64,000 nt of DNA, taken from assembly GCA_963806905.1 (NCBI GenBank), contig CAWEAA010000006.1, forward strand, positions 13,640-77,639, in the 5' to 3' direction. Position 1 is the first letter of the stretch. Each line of letters starts with the position of its first letter. Both the position numbers and the translations under genes were made by a program. The notes under the pieces are model-generated. The model was not told where the DNA came from. It saw only the letters and a list, made by a program, of their open reading frames with translations, and searched no databases. Positions 50,354 to 59,019 of the stretch are shown in pieces. Source of the DNA: an uncultured Verrucomicrobiae bacterium (GTDB lineage: Bacteria; Verrucomicrobiota; Verrucomicrobiia; Limisphaerales; UBA11358).

Positions 50354-52960
50354 ATGAGTGGCACCAAAATGACCCCGTCCGACATCCCGAAATGTTCGCA
50401 GTGCGGCACGCCGTTGCCGGCGGGCGCGCTCGCCGGGCTTTGTCCCGCGTGCCTGTTGAAACAGGGCGCGGCCGACGAAACCGCCACGGGAGGACAGGCG
50501 CCACCATTCAACCCGCCGCCCCTTGCCGATCTCGCCGCGAAATTTCCCCAGCTCGAAATCCTGGAACTCATTGGCAAAGGCGGCATGGGCGCGGTTTATC
50601 GGGCACGCCAGAAGCAATTGGACCGGATCGTCGCCCTGAAAATCCTGCCCCCCGGCATTGGCGACGATCCCGCGTTTGCCGAACGCTTCACCCGCGAGGC
50701 TAGGGCGCTGGCGAAGCTCAATCATCCCGGCATCGTGACGTTGTATGAGTTCGGCAAAGCCGACGGGTTGTATTTCTTCCTCATGGAATTCGTAGACGGC
50801 GTGAACCTGCGGCAACTGCTTCATGCCGGGCGCATTTCACCGCGCGAGGCGCTGGCCATCGTGCCGCAGATTTGCGACGCGCTCCAATTTGCGCACGATC
50901 AGGGCATCGTCCACCGTGACATCAAACCGGAGAATATTTTGCTCGACCGCCGCGGCCGCGTGAAGGTGGCGGATTTCGGGCTGGCCAAGATTGTAGCGGC
51001 GGTCTGTGACCGCCAGGATTCTGTCGGGGAAGAACAGCGACGGTCGCAGACCGCCGCTACAGGGGAACTCACCGCTGCCGGCAAGGTCATGGGCACGCCG
51101 AACTACATGGCGCCGGAACAGGTGGAACATCCCGACGAAGTGGACAGCCGCGCGGACATTTACGCGCTGGGCGTGGTATTTTACCAGATGCTCACCGGCG
51201 AACTGCCGGGCAAAAAAATCGAACCGCCATCGTCCAAAGTGCAAATTGACGTTCGCTTGGATGAAGTCGTGCTGCGCGCTTTGGAAAAGAAACCCGAATT
51301 ACGCTACCAGCAGGCCAGCGAAGTGAAGACGATGGTGGAGACTATCGTGGCGAACAATCCCAGTCCGATTGCGCCTCCCGTTCAATCTCAACCTTCCACT
51401 CAAACCGTGAACATCATCAAATCGTTTTTGCGCTGGGCGGTCATGTTTGCCGGTGTGACCGCTTGTGCGGCCCTCGCCGTGTTTGCCATCCTGTTCCTTC
51501 TCAAAACGCAAATCATACTCGGACCTTCGGATTCCGATGTGGCAAGCGCCGGCGCAAACTGGATTCCGGACGCGAAAGGTGGAGGCTCCGTGTCGGTTGA
51601 TTTTAACGACCCGGCGACCAAGGGCGGTTATGATTTCGTGCTCTACAACACCAGCAACTTCGTCGCCGGTGTGGAGAATTACGCCGTCTGGCGTTGTCCA
51701 ATTTTTTCCGTCGGCCCCGCCGCTGATGGAGCGAGGCCCATCGCCCTTTCTTTTGCCTACAAGCTCGCGGATCCCGTGGCCGCCGGGAATAACTTGCGTC
51801 TCCAGTTGCGCTTCTGGGATTCCAGCGGCACCAATTTCATGGGGGAACGAAACATTCGTGTAGGTGCCCACACAGGCGATTCGGCCATGACCAGCCACAG
51901 AACGTTGACGATTAACGGCATCACGGCTCCGCTGAATGCCCGGACGATTGATATTGCCATCTACGCCAATGCAAATTCTGACGAACCCTGGGTTTCGGGC
52001 ACCGGACGGTTTGCCAACATTTCCGTCACAACCACGGCGCATTCTTTGCTTTTCAAAGCTAGCGTCGTTGCGGCTGCTTTGATCGGTATTCTCGTTTTGA
52101 TCATGCTGCTGATTCTCTTTTGGCGTCGGAGCACGCCGGCCCTTCCATCCAGTCCGGTTGCACCTCCTGCTCGATCTCAACCTTCCACCCAAACCATGAA
52201 TACAAACATCATCAAATCAATTTGGCGCGGGGCGGTCATGTTTGTCGGTGTCGCCGCTTGCGCGGCCCTCGCTGCATTTGCCATTCTGTTTCTTTTCAAA
52301 CATCAAATGATGCTCGGACCGGCCGATTCCGGCCCATCCAGTGGTGGCGCAAATTGGTTGAGTGGCGCCTATGGTGCCAGCACGGTGTCCATTGATTCCA
52401 GCGATCCCGCCACCAAAGGCGGTTATGATTTAGTGATCAGCAACACGGTTGCCGGCAAAGAAAACAGGTCGGACTGGCGTAGCCTGCCTTTTACGCTCGG
52501 CCCCGCCGCCGGAGGAGCAAGACCAATCACTTTTTCCTTCGCTTATAAACTTATGGATGCTGTGTCGAACGGAAATAATATCCATGTTCAACTGCGTTTC
52601 TTCGATTCGACTGGCACGAAGTTTATATCTGAGAAGGTCATTCCGGTCGGCGCTCAGACGGGCGACTCGACAATGACAAGCTATAAAACATTCACGATGG
52701 GCCGCATCATTGCTCCCCGGAAAGCCCGGACTGCCGATGTTTGGATTGATGCCAATATTTTTAAACCGTGGGTTTCGGGCACAGCGCAATTTGCTGACAT
52801 TTCCGTCACGGCCGCGCCGCCTTCCTTGCTCTTCAAGGCTGGTGTCTTCGCGGCTGTCTTGGCCGCCATTTACGCTTTGATTATGCTACTGGTCCACTTT
52901 TGGCGTCGGAGTGCGCCTTTGCCAGCCGCAGGTGGCCCAACTTTGGAGCAATTGGTTTGA
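50354..52960 (+). CDS. Ser/Thr protein kinase with two tandem TM-ectodomain-TM sensor modules
   Basis: 868 aa. N-terminal Cys pairs (CSQCG..CPACL) and kinase motifs GKGGMGAVY, HRDIKPEN, DFG and APE. Four predicted TM helices flank two paralogous domains of about 190 aa. Confidence 0.88.
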   Translation: MSGTKMTPSDIPKCSQCGTPLPAGALAGLCPACLLKQGAADETATGGQAPPFNPPPLADLAAKFPQLEILELIGKGGMGAVYRARQKQLDRIVALKILPPGIGDDPAFAERFTREARALAKLNHPGIVTLYEFGKADGLYFFLMEFVDGVNLRQLLHAGRISPREALAIVPQICDALQFAHDQGIVHRDIKPENILLDRRGRVKVADFGLAKIVAAVCDRQDSVGEEQRRSQTAATGELTAAGKVMGTPNYMAPEQVEHPDEVDSRADIYALGVVFYQMLTGELPGKKIEPPSSKVQIDVRLDEVVLRALEKKPELRYQQASEVKTMVETIVANNPSPIAPPVQSQPSTQTVNIIKSFLRWAVMFAGVTACAALAVFAILFLLKTQIILGPSDSDVASAGANWIPDAKGGGSVSVDFNDPATKGGYDFVLYNTSNFVAGVENYAVWRCPIFSVGPAADGARPIALSFAYKLADPVAAGNNLRLQLRFWDSSGTNFMGERNIRVGAHTGDSAMTSHRTLTINGITAPLNARTIDIAIYANANSDEPWVSGTGRFANISVTTTAHSLLFKASVVAAALIGILVLIMLLILFWRRSTPALPSSPVAPPARSQPSTQTMNTNIIKSIWRGAVMFVGVAACAALAAFAILFLFKHQMMLGPADSGPSSGGANWLSGAYGASTVSIDSSDPATKGGYDLVISNTVAGKENRSDWRSLPFTLGPAAGGARPITFSFAYKLMDAVSNGNNIHVQLRFFDSTGTKFISEKVIPVGAQTGDSTMTSYKTFTMGRIIAPRKARTADVWIDANIFKPWVSGTAQFADISVTAAPPSLLFKAGVFAAVLAAIYALIMLLVHFWRRSAPLPAAGGPTLEQLV
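50993..51060. repeat. GTAGCGGC...GCCGCTAC element in frame in the kinase activation loop
   Basis: Arms gtagcggcggtctgtgaccg / cggtcgcagaccgccgctac (19/20 complementary) enclose 28 nt. Translated VAAVCDRQDSVGEEQRRSQTAAT, between the DFG and APE motifs. Confidence 0.85.
51362..52939 (+). repeat. Intragenic tandem duplication (2 x 789 nt) in the kinase gene
   Basis: SPIAPPVQSQPSTQT... (from 51362) and SPVAPPARSQPSTQT... (from 52151) align over about 263 codons, roughly 55-65% identical by eye. Confidence 0.85.
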
Positions 52961-53032
52961 CGCGAATGGTGCAAATTTTCCGAATTCCATGCGCCTCAAT
53001 GCGCAGCATTAACCTCAAAGTTTTTCGCAACC

Positions 53033-53812
53033 GTGTCGATTCATGGTAAAAATGATTTCGCTTTGACTTCCGAACATTCAACGCCGGCCTCGACCGCGCC
53101 GGGCGATGTCTTCGCCACGACGCAGTGGACGGTCGTGCTTGCTGCTGGAGAACGCAGCACACCTCAATCCGACCTGGCGTTGGAAGAACTATGCCGCACC
53201 TACTGGTTTCCACTATATGCCTACGTCCGGCGACGCGGCCACACGAAGGAAGATGCCGAGGATTTGACGCAGGCGTTCTTTGCGCGGTTCCTTGCCAAGA
53301 ATTATCTCGAGGGCTTGAGCGCCGGGCGCGGGCACTTTCGTGCGTTCCTGCTCGCGTCGCTGAAGCATTTTCTCACCAACGAATGGAAGAAGTCGCAACG
53401 GCTCAAGCGCGGCGGCGGCGAGACACCGCTTTCGCTCGACTGGCAGACGGCGGACACCCAATTTCAAGTCGCCGCGACGAAAGAGCCGAATCCCGACCAG
53501 GCGTTCGACCGCGAATGGGCGGTGGCATTGCTGGCGAAGGTTATCGAGCGACTGCAAAACGAATGCGCTACCGACGGCAAGGCGGAATGGTTCGAGCAGT
53601 TGAAAATTTTTCTCACCGCTGGCAAAGGCGAACTGTCTCATGCGAAAGCCGCGCAAAAACTCGGCATGGACGAGACCGCCGTGCGGGTGACCGTCCATCG
53701 GCTGCGGAAGCGTTACCGGCAACTGCTCCGCGACGAAATCGCCCAGACCCTGTCCGACCCGGCGCAGGTGGACGAGGAAATACGGGCTTTGTTTAGGGCG
53801 TTTGCAGCGTAA
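53033..53812 (+). CDS. ECF-like sigma factor of the kinase-associated type
   Basis: 259 aa with a GTG start. FATTQWTVVLAA N-terminal motif, then sigma2 and sigma4 (AAQKLGMDETAVRVTVHRLRKRYR). No anti-sigma gene follows. Confidence 0.8.
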   Translation: MSIHGKNDFALTSEHSTPASTAPGDVFATTQWTVVLAAGERSTPQSDLALEELCRTYWFPLYAYVRRRGHTKEDAEDLTQAFFARFLAKNYLEGLSAGRGHFRAFLLASLKHFLTNEWKKSQRLKRGGGETPLSLDWQTADTQFQVAATKEPNPDQAFDREWAVALLAKVIERLQNECATDGKAEWFEQLKIFLTAGKGELSHAKAAQKLGMDETAVRVTVHRLRKRYRQLLRDEIAQTLSDPAQVDEEIRALFRAFAA

Positions 53813-53822
53813 GACAGGCTCC

Positions 53823-56012
53823 CTATCGCCAATTCCGTCGCGAGCGCGCAGCGGGCTTATGTCGGTGCATCGAATCCGATTCACGCCCTTTCGCAGAACG
53901 TGTTGCCCCTTCGTCACCATCCCGGGCCAGCCGGAAATCCACCTGTTTCTTGAAACTGTCCACCTTGGCCACCTGCACCCGCACGTTGTCGCCGAGCCGG
54001 ATGACCCGGCGGGTACGTCGGCCGATGAGATGGCTGCGCGCCGCGTCGAACACATAAAAATCGTCCTCGAGGAAGGAAAGATGCACCAGCCCGCTCATCG
54101 CCAGCCCCGGCACATCCACAAAGAAACCAAAGTTGCGCACGTCAATCACCAGCGCCGGATACGGCGTTGGCCTCGGTGACTTGAGCTGCGCCTTCAGGAA
54201 GGCATACAGCTTCACATCCTTGCTGTCCCGCTCGGCATCGGCGGAATTGCGTTCGGTGTCGGAAATATGCTCGGCGGTTTCCTTTAACGAATGGACCGGG
54301 CCGTGGCTCTTTTGAAACAATGCGCGGTGCACCACCAGGTCGGCATATCGCCGGATGGGCGACGTGAAATGCGTGTATTTGGTCTTGGCCAGGCCGTAGT
54401 GACCGAGCGGCTCGACCGCGTAACGGGCGCGCATGAGTGACCGGAGAAACCCAATCTTGAGCGCCGCGCCGATGGGAATCGTGCCGAGTTTCTGCAGGAG
54501 CTTCTGAACTTCCGGCCGCTTCGTCAAATTCGCGCAGGGCAAGTGATGGCTGAGCACTTCCTCGCGATATTCCTGCAACCGCCGTTCGTCCGGTTCCTCA
54601 TGCACCCGGTAAATCGCCGGCACATTCCGGCCCATCAGCTGGCCCGCCACCGCCTCGTTGGCCAGCAACATGAATTCCTCGATCAACTGATGGGAAACAT
54701 CGTTCTCGACCTTCTCAATGCGCTCCACCCGGCCGCAGTCGTCCAAGCGGATTTTCATTTCAGGAAAATCCAGATCCAGCGAACCCGCCTTGAACCGCAG
54801 ACGCCGGATCCGCTGGGCGAGCATGTTCGTGTCATGCAACATCTGCTCAATCCGGTCGCCTGGTTTCCGCTGCAAAATTGCCAGCACTTCATGGTAAGTG
54901 AACCGGCATTGCGAATGAATCACCGCCGGATAAAACCTCGCCTTTAAGACGTGCCCTTCGTCCGACACCAGAAATTCGACGCATTTGGTCAGGCGATCCA
55001 CATCCGGTTTCAGCGAGCACAACTCGTTGCTCAACGCCTCCGGCAGCATCGGGATCACCCGGTCCACCAGATAAGTTGAATTGCCCCGGCGGCGCGCTTC
55101 GTTGTCCAACGCCGTGCCCGGTTTCACATAATGCGAAACATCCGCAATGTGCACCCACAGTTTCCATTGCCCCGGCGAACCCCGCTGCAGACAAATCGCG
55201 TCGTCAAAATCCTTGGCGTCGTCCGGATCAATAGTGACGACCAGCTGCCGCCGGCAATCTTCACGCCCGGCCAGTTCCGGCGGCGAAATAGCCGTCCCGA
55301 TAGCCCGCGCTTCGTGTAACGCCTCCTTCGGAAAATGCAGCGGCAGGTTGTACTGACGCAGCACCGACAACATGTCCACCCCTTCCTCATCCGGCGAGCC
55401 GAGCACCTCGATGATTTCGCCTTCCGGGTTGGTGTGCCGGGATTCCCATTCGTGCAACTCCACCACGACCTTGTCGCCGACGCGCGCGGGCCGGCCGACG
55501 TCGCGTGGTTGCGGCACATAAATGTCGTGCGGCATGCGCGGGTCATCGGGAATCACGTAAAGAAACTCGCGGCCCCGCTGCAACGTGCCAACCATCTGCG
55601 TCCGCTTCCGTTCCAGGATGCGAATCACCACACCGGTTTCCTGCTCAATGCGCCCGGGGCTCAACCCTTTCGCCCGGACATCGCGCCGCACGAGCACGCG
55701 ATCTTCGTGGAGCGCCGTGGAGGTCGCCCCTTCCGGAATCATGATCTCCTTCAACTCCGGATCGTCCGGTTGCAAAAAGCCTTTCCCCTGGCGATTGATG
55801 CGGATCCGGCCCGGGACAAGGTCCGCCTCGCGCGACAGGATGTAACGATTCCCTTTCGTGCGGGCGATCTGACCGGACTGTTCCAGCCGGCGCAGCACCG
55901 CCTGCAATTCCTGCTGGCGATGGGGCGCCAGCCGGAGATGCCGGAGCAATTCCGGCACATTGGCCGGCGCATAATCCCGCCGGCCCAGTAATCTTAAAAT
56001 CTGCTCTTCCAT
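53823..56012 (-). CDS. rnr: Ribonuclease R
   Basis: 729 aa. N-terminal wHTH, cold-shock-like domains, RNB catalytic domain, S1 domain and a basic tail. Confidence 0.9.
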   Translation of the reverse strand: MEEQILRLLGRRDYAPANVPELLRHLRLAPHRQQELQAVLRRLEQSGQIARTKGNRYILSREADLVPGRIRINRQGKGFLQPDDPELKEIMIPEGATSTALHEDRVLVRRDVRAKGLSPGRIEQETGVVIRILERKRTQMVGTLQRGREFLYVIPDDPRMPHDIYVPQPRDVGRPARVGDKVVVELHEWESRHTNPEGEIIEVLGSPDEEGVDMLSVLRQYNLPLHFPKEALHEARAIGTAISPPELAGREDCRRQLVVTIDPDDAKDFDDAICLQRGSPGQWKLWVHIADVSHYVKPGTALDNEARRRGNSTYLVDRVIPMLPEALSNELCSLKPDVDRLTKCVEFLVSDEGHVLKARFYPAVIHSQCRFTYHEVLAILQRKPGDRIEQMLHDTNMLAQRIRRLRFKAGSLDLDFPEMKIRLDDCGRVERIEKVENDVSHQLIEEFMLLANEAVAGQLMGRNVPAIYRVHEEPDERRLQEYREEVLSHHLPCANLTKRPEVQKLLQKLGTIPIGAALKIGFLRSLMRARYAVEPLGHYGLAKTKYTHFTSPIRRYADLVVHRALFQKSHGPVHSLKETAEHISDTERNSADAERDSKDVKLYAFLKAQLKSPRPTPYPALVIDVRNFGFFVDVPGLAMSGLVHLSFLEDDFYVFDAARSHLIGRRTRRVIRLGDNVRVQVAKVDSFKKQVDFRLARDGDEGATRSAKGRESDSMHRHKPAARSRRNWR

Positions 56013-56162
56013 AAATTCATCCCGCAGCCCATGTAAGTCTTTCGCCTGATAATGAATGATTTTTGGCGCAATACCAGCGCTGACTCAAATGGATTGTCGA
56101 TTCGCGATTGAACCCGTTGCGCAACAAACTCACTTTTCCAAACGTGCATTTGCTGTTAATGG

Positions 56163-57428
56163 TTGTTGGTGAGCTTTTTCGTTCAACGCAGTGAGTTGCG
56201 TGACCTTTATGACAAGGTCGCCGCCGGCGAACGCATTTCCGAGGCTGACGCGCTCCGGCTGTTTGAATCCAGGGATTTGAACGCCGTCGGCGCCATCGCG
56301 GACCTGGCGCGTCAGAAAAAAGTCGGCAACCGCGCCAGCTACATCATCAATCGCTACGTCAACTACTCGAATTATTGCATCCTGTCGTGCCAGTTCTGCT
56401 CATTCGCGCGCAAGAAACGCGACGCCGACGGCTTCGAGTTCACCACCGATCAGATCGTGCAAAAAGCGCGCGAGGCGCTGGCTATCGGCATCACCGAACT
56501 GCACATCGTCGGCGGATTGCACCCATCACTGCCGTTCAGTTATTACACCGACATGTTGAAAGCGCTGCGCGCACTTAACGATGAGGTGGTGGGGAGAGCA
56601 TCCCCGCGAGCCGGCTCGTCAGTAGCCTCGCCCCACCAAGACGGCGGGCAAGGGACTGCCCGCCCTACCCAGCGGTTACACCTCAAATGCTTCACCGCGA
56701 TTGAAATCCTCCATCTCGCCTGGCTCGCGAAAAAATCCGTCGAGCAGACGTTGACTGAATTGAAAGCGGCCGGACTCGATTCACTCACCGGTGGCGGCGC
56801 GGAAATCTTCCGCAAGGAAGTCCGCTCGGCCATCGCCAGGGGCAAGGAATCCGCCGAGGAATATCTGGACGTGCATCGCACGTGGCATCGCATGGGCGGA
56901 CGCAGCACCTGCACGATGCTTTACGGCCATGTCGAAACGCTGGCCGACCGCGTGGACCATCTGCGGCTGTTACGCGCGTTGCAGGACGAAACGCACGGCT
57001 TCGTCGGCTTCGTGCCGCTGGCGTATCAGCCGGAGAACAACGATATTCCGGTCGAAAAACCGCCGACGGGCTTCGATTCGCTGCGCACCATTGCCGTCAG
57101 CCGCGTCTATCTCGACAACTTCGACCACATCACCGCGTATTGGGTCGGCCTGGGCCTGAAACTGGCACAGGTGGCATTGAGCTACGGCGCGGACGATATG
57201 CACGGCACCATCATCGAGGAACACATCTTCCACATGGCCGGCGCGACCTCGCCGCAATTGCAGACCGAGGCGGCCATGCTCAAGGCCATCCGCGAAGCCG
57301 GGCGCACGCCGGTTCAGCGCAACACGTTCTACGAGCCGATAAAAGTGCAGGAAAATCTGCCTGTGCCAGACGCGCGTGAAAATTCTGCACGGTCGAAAGT
57401 GCTCGAAGAAAACCTGGCAACAGCATGA
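56163..57428 (+). CDS. Radical SAM menaquinone (futalosine pathway) enzyme, MqnE/MqnC family
   Basis: 421 aa with a TTG/GTG start at 56163-56169. CxxxCxxC cluster (CILSCQFCSF), next to mqnA. Carries an in-frame GC-rich insert of about 30 codons. Confidence 0.8.
   Translation: MLVSFFVQRSELRDLYDKVAAGERISEADALRLFESRDLNAVGAIADLARQKKVGNRASYIINRYVNYSNYCILSCQFCSFARKKRDADGFEFTTDQIVQKAREALAIGITELHIVGGLHPSLPFSYYTDMLKALRALNDEVVGRASPRAGSSVASPHQDGGQGTARPTQRLHLKCFTAIEILHLAWLAKKSVEQTLTELKAAGLDSLTGGGAEIFRKEVRSAIARGKESAEEYLDVHRTWHRMGGRSTCTMLYGHVETLADRVDHLRLLRALQDETHGFVGFVPLAYQPENNDIPVEKPPTGFDSLRTIAVSRVYLDNFDHITAYWVGLGLKLAQVALSYGADDMHGTIIEEHIFHMAGATSPQLQTEAAMLKAIREAGRTPVQRNTFYEPIKVQENLPVPDARENSARSKVLEENLATA
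56586..56670. repeat. Composite GC-rich palindromic insert in frame in the mqn radical SAM gene
   Basis: Arms ggtgggg...ccccacc enclose the palindrome cgagccggctcg, then the hairpin ggcgggca-aggga-c-tgcccgcc, ending in ctaccc. Translated VVGRASPRAGSSVASPHQDGGQGTARPTQ. Confidence 0.8.
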
Positions 57429-58228
57429 CTAAGGACACGCCAAAATTCCGTCTCGGACCGGCGCACGGTTTCAGCGCCGCGCCAATTTGTTATCTGGTGC
57501 TGTTTCTTTTTTCAACATTGATACTGACCGGCTGCTCAACCGTGACGACGTATAAACCCAAAGCGGCCGCTGGACCGGCAAAGCCGGCTGATTATCCCAT
57601 CCTCGTTTATGCTGAGGACATGACCGTTCCCCGGCCTTGCGAAGTGATCGGGACCGTTTCCGTTGGCGGCGGCCACTTCACGATGCGGGGAGGCTCGGCC
57701 GAAAGCGAGATGCTCAAAGTGATGCAAGCCGCCCGGGAGAAAGGCGCCGATGCCATCCAGATGAAAACCATGGAACAACCGGATTTTGCGAACGCGGATT
57801 TTCGCCTGGTGGCCGATTTGCTCCGCTACACGGATACCTGGGAAACCATCACCATCCCGGAAGGAGAATTCGCCGCCTACCTCAAGGCGAATCAGCGGAG
57901 CCTCGATCCGATTGAAGGCATCTGGAATACGTTCGGACGGGTTCCCCATCGCATCGGCATCATGCGAGACACTTCCAAACCGGGCCGGGACTTTGTTGGT
58001 TTTATTCTTGGCACGGAGAACCCGACTTGGCATGGCGGCTACAAGAAAATTGACATCAAGCGCGGTCTCCAACCCGGGACTTACCTGTTTGTTTACTACC
58101 TCGACAATTTCAGCAAACGGGAAACCACCGTCATCCTGGGCAAAAGTATGACGTTCACACTGACCATTCCGACATCCGACGAAGAAGCCGAGTTGATCAC
58201 TTATTCCAGGAGCCGGTACATCCCTTGA
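57425..58228 (+). CDS. Hypothetical lipoprotein embedded in the mqn operon
   Basis: 267 aa with lipobox ILTGC. ATGA overlap with the upstream mqn gene, and its stop overlaps the next start. Confidence 0.6.
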   Translation: MTKDTPKFRLGPAHGFSAAPICYLVLFLFSTLILTGCSTVTTYKPKAAAGPAKPADYPILVYAEDMTVPRPCEVIGTVSVGGGHFTMRGGSAESEMLKVMQAAREKGADAIQMKTMEQPDFANADFRLVADLLRYTDTWETITIPEGEFAAYLKANQRSLDPIEGIWNTFGRVPHRIGIMRDTSKPGRDFVGFILGTENPTWHGGYKKIDIKRGLQPGTYLFVYYLDNFSKRETTVILGKSMTFTLTIPTSDEEAELITYSRSRYIP

Positions 58229-59019
58229 ACCGTTTATCGCCCGAAATGCCCGCCGCCGAAGCTCCCCAATTCCGCATCGGCTCGGTGCAATATCTCAACG
58301 CCGTGCCGCTCACCCGCGGCATTGAGGACAAGGTCATTTTTGCCACGCCCGCCGAACTCGCCGAAATGCTCCGGCGCGATGAACTCGACGCCGCGCTCGT
58401 CAGCACGGCGGAGGTTTTGCTCACCAACCGCTATGACATTCTCGACGGCATTGCCATCGCGTCGCTCGGCGAGGTTTACAGCGTGCTGCTCGCCCATCGC
58501 CAGCCACTCGCGGAGCTGAAGGAGGTTTATTGCCACACCGCGTCGTTATCGGGCTTGAATCTTTTGAAAGTCCTGCTGGCCGAACGCGGATTGAAACCAC
58601 AGTTCAAGCCGCTGACGGACCCGCAAAGGGCGGCGGAACACGACGCGGTGCTTCTCATCGGCGATCCAGCGATTGACTTCCAACGCGCGCCGCACAAGCA
58701 CGAAATTTTTGATCTTGGCTCGGCCTGGCTCGAACGGACCAATTTGCCATTTGTGTTTGCCGTGTGGGCTTTGCGGCGCGGTGTTGAAAACGCAAAGTTG
58801 CGACAAGAACTTCATGACGCGAAGGATTTCGGGGTGGACACGCTGGATTCGATCGTTCGCAACCGTACCGAATACGACTATGATTTTCGCAAGGATTACC
58901 TCGGTTGGCACGTGCATTACCACTTGGCCTCGGACGAAAAGCGCGGCATCGTGAAATTTGCCGAACTGCTCCGCAAACACGGACTTGGACCGGTGTTTGA
59001 ACCGAAGTTTGTGACTTAA
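58225..59019 (+). CDS. mqnA: Chorismate dehydratase (futalosine pathway MqnA)
   Basis: 264 aa with a TTG start at 58225 (ATG alternative at 58246). N-terminal RIGSVQYLNAVPL motif and a periplasmic-binding-protein-like fold pattern. Confidence 0.82.
   Translation: MNRLSPEMPAAEAPQFRIGSVQYLNAVPLTRGIEDKVIFATPAELAEMLRRDELDAALVSTAEVLLTNRYDILDGIAIASLGEVYSVLLAHRQPLAELKEVYCHTASLSGLNLLKVLLAERGLKPQFKPLTDPQRAAEHDAVLLIGDPAIDFQRAPHKHEIFDLGSAWLERTNLPFVFAVWALRRGVENAKLRQELHDAKDFGVDTLDSIVRNRTEYDYDFRKDYLGWHVHYHLASDEKRGIVKFAELLRKHGLGPVFEPKFVT

Noticed and set aside
48742-52939. A diversity-generating retroelement, suggested by the Avd-like four-helix-bundle gene and repeated kinase modules
   Set aside because: No reverse transcriptase gene is present. 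There is no near-identical template/variable repeat pair, and the kinase modules are only about 60% identical with no adenine-specific differences.
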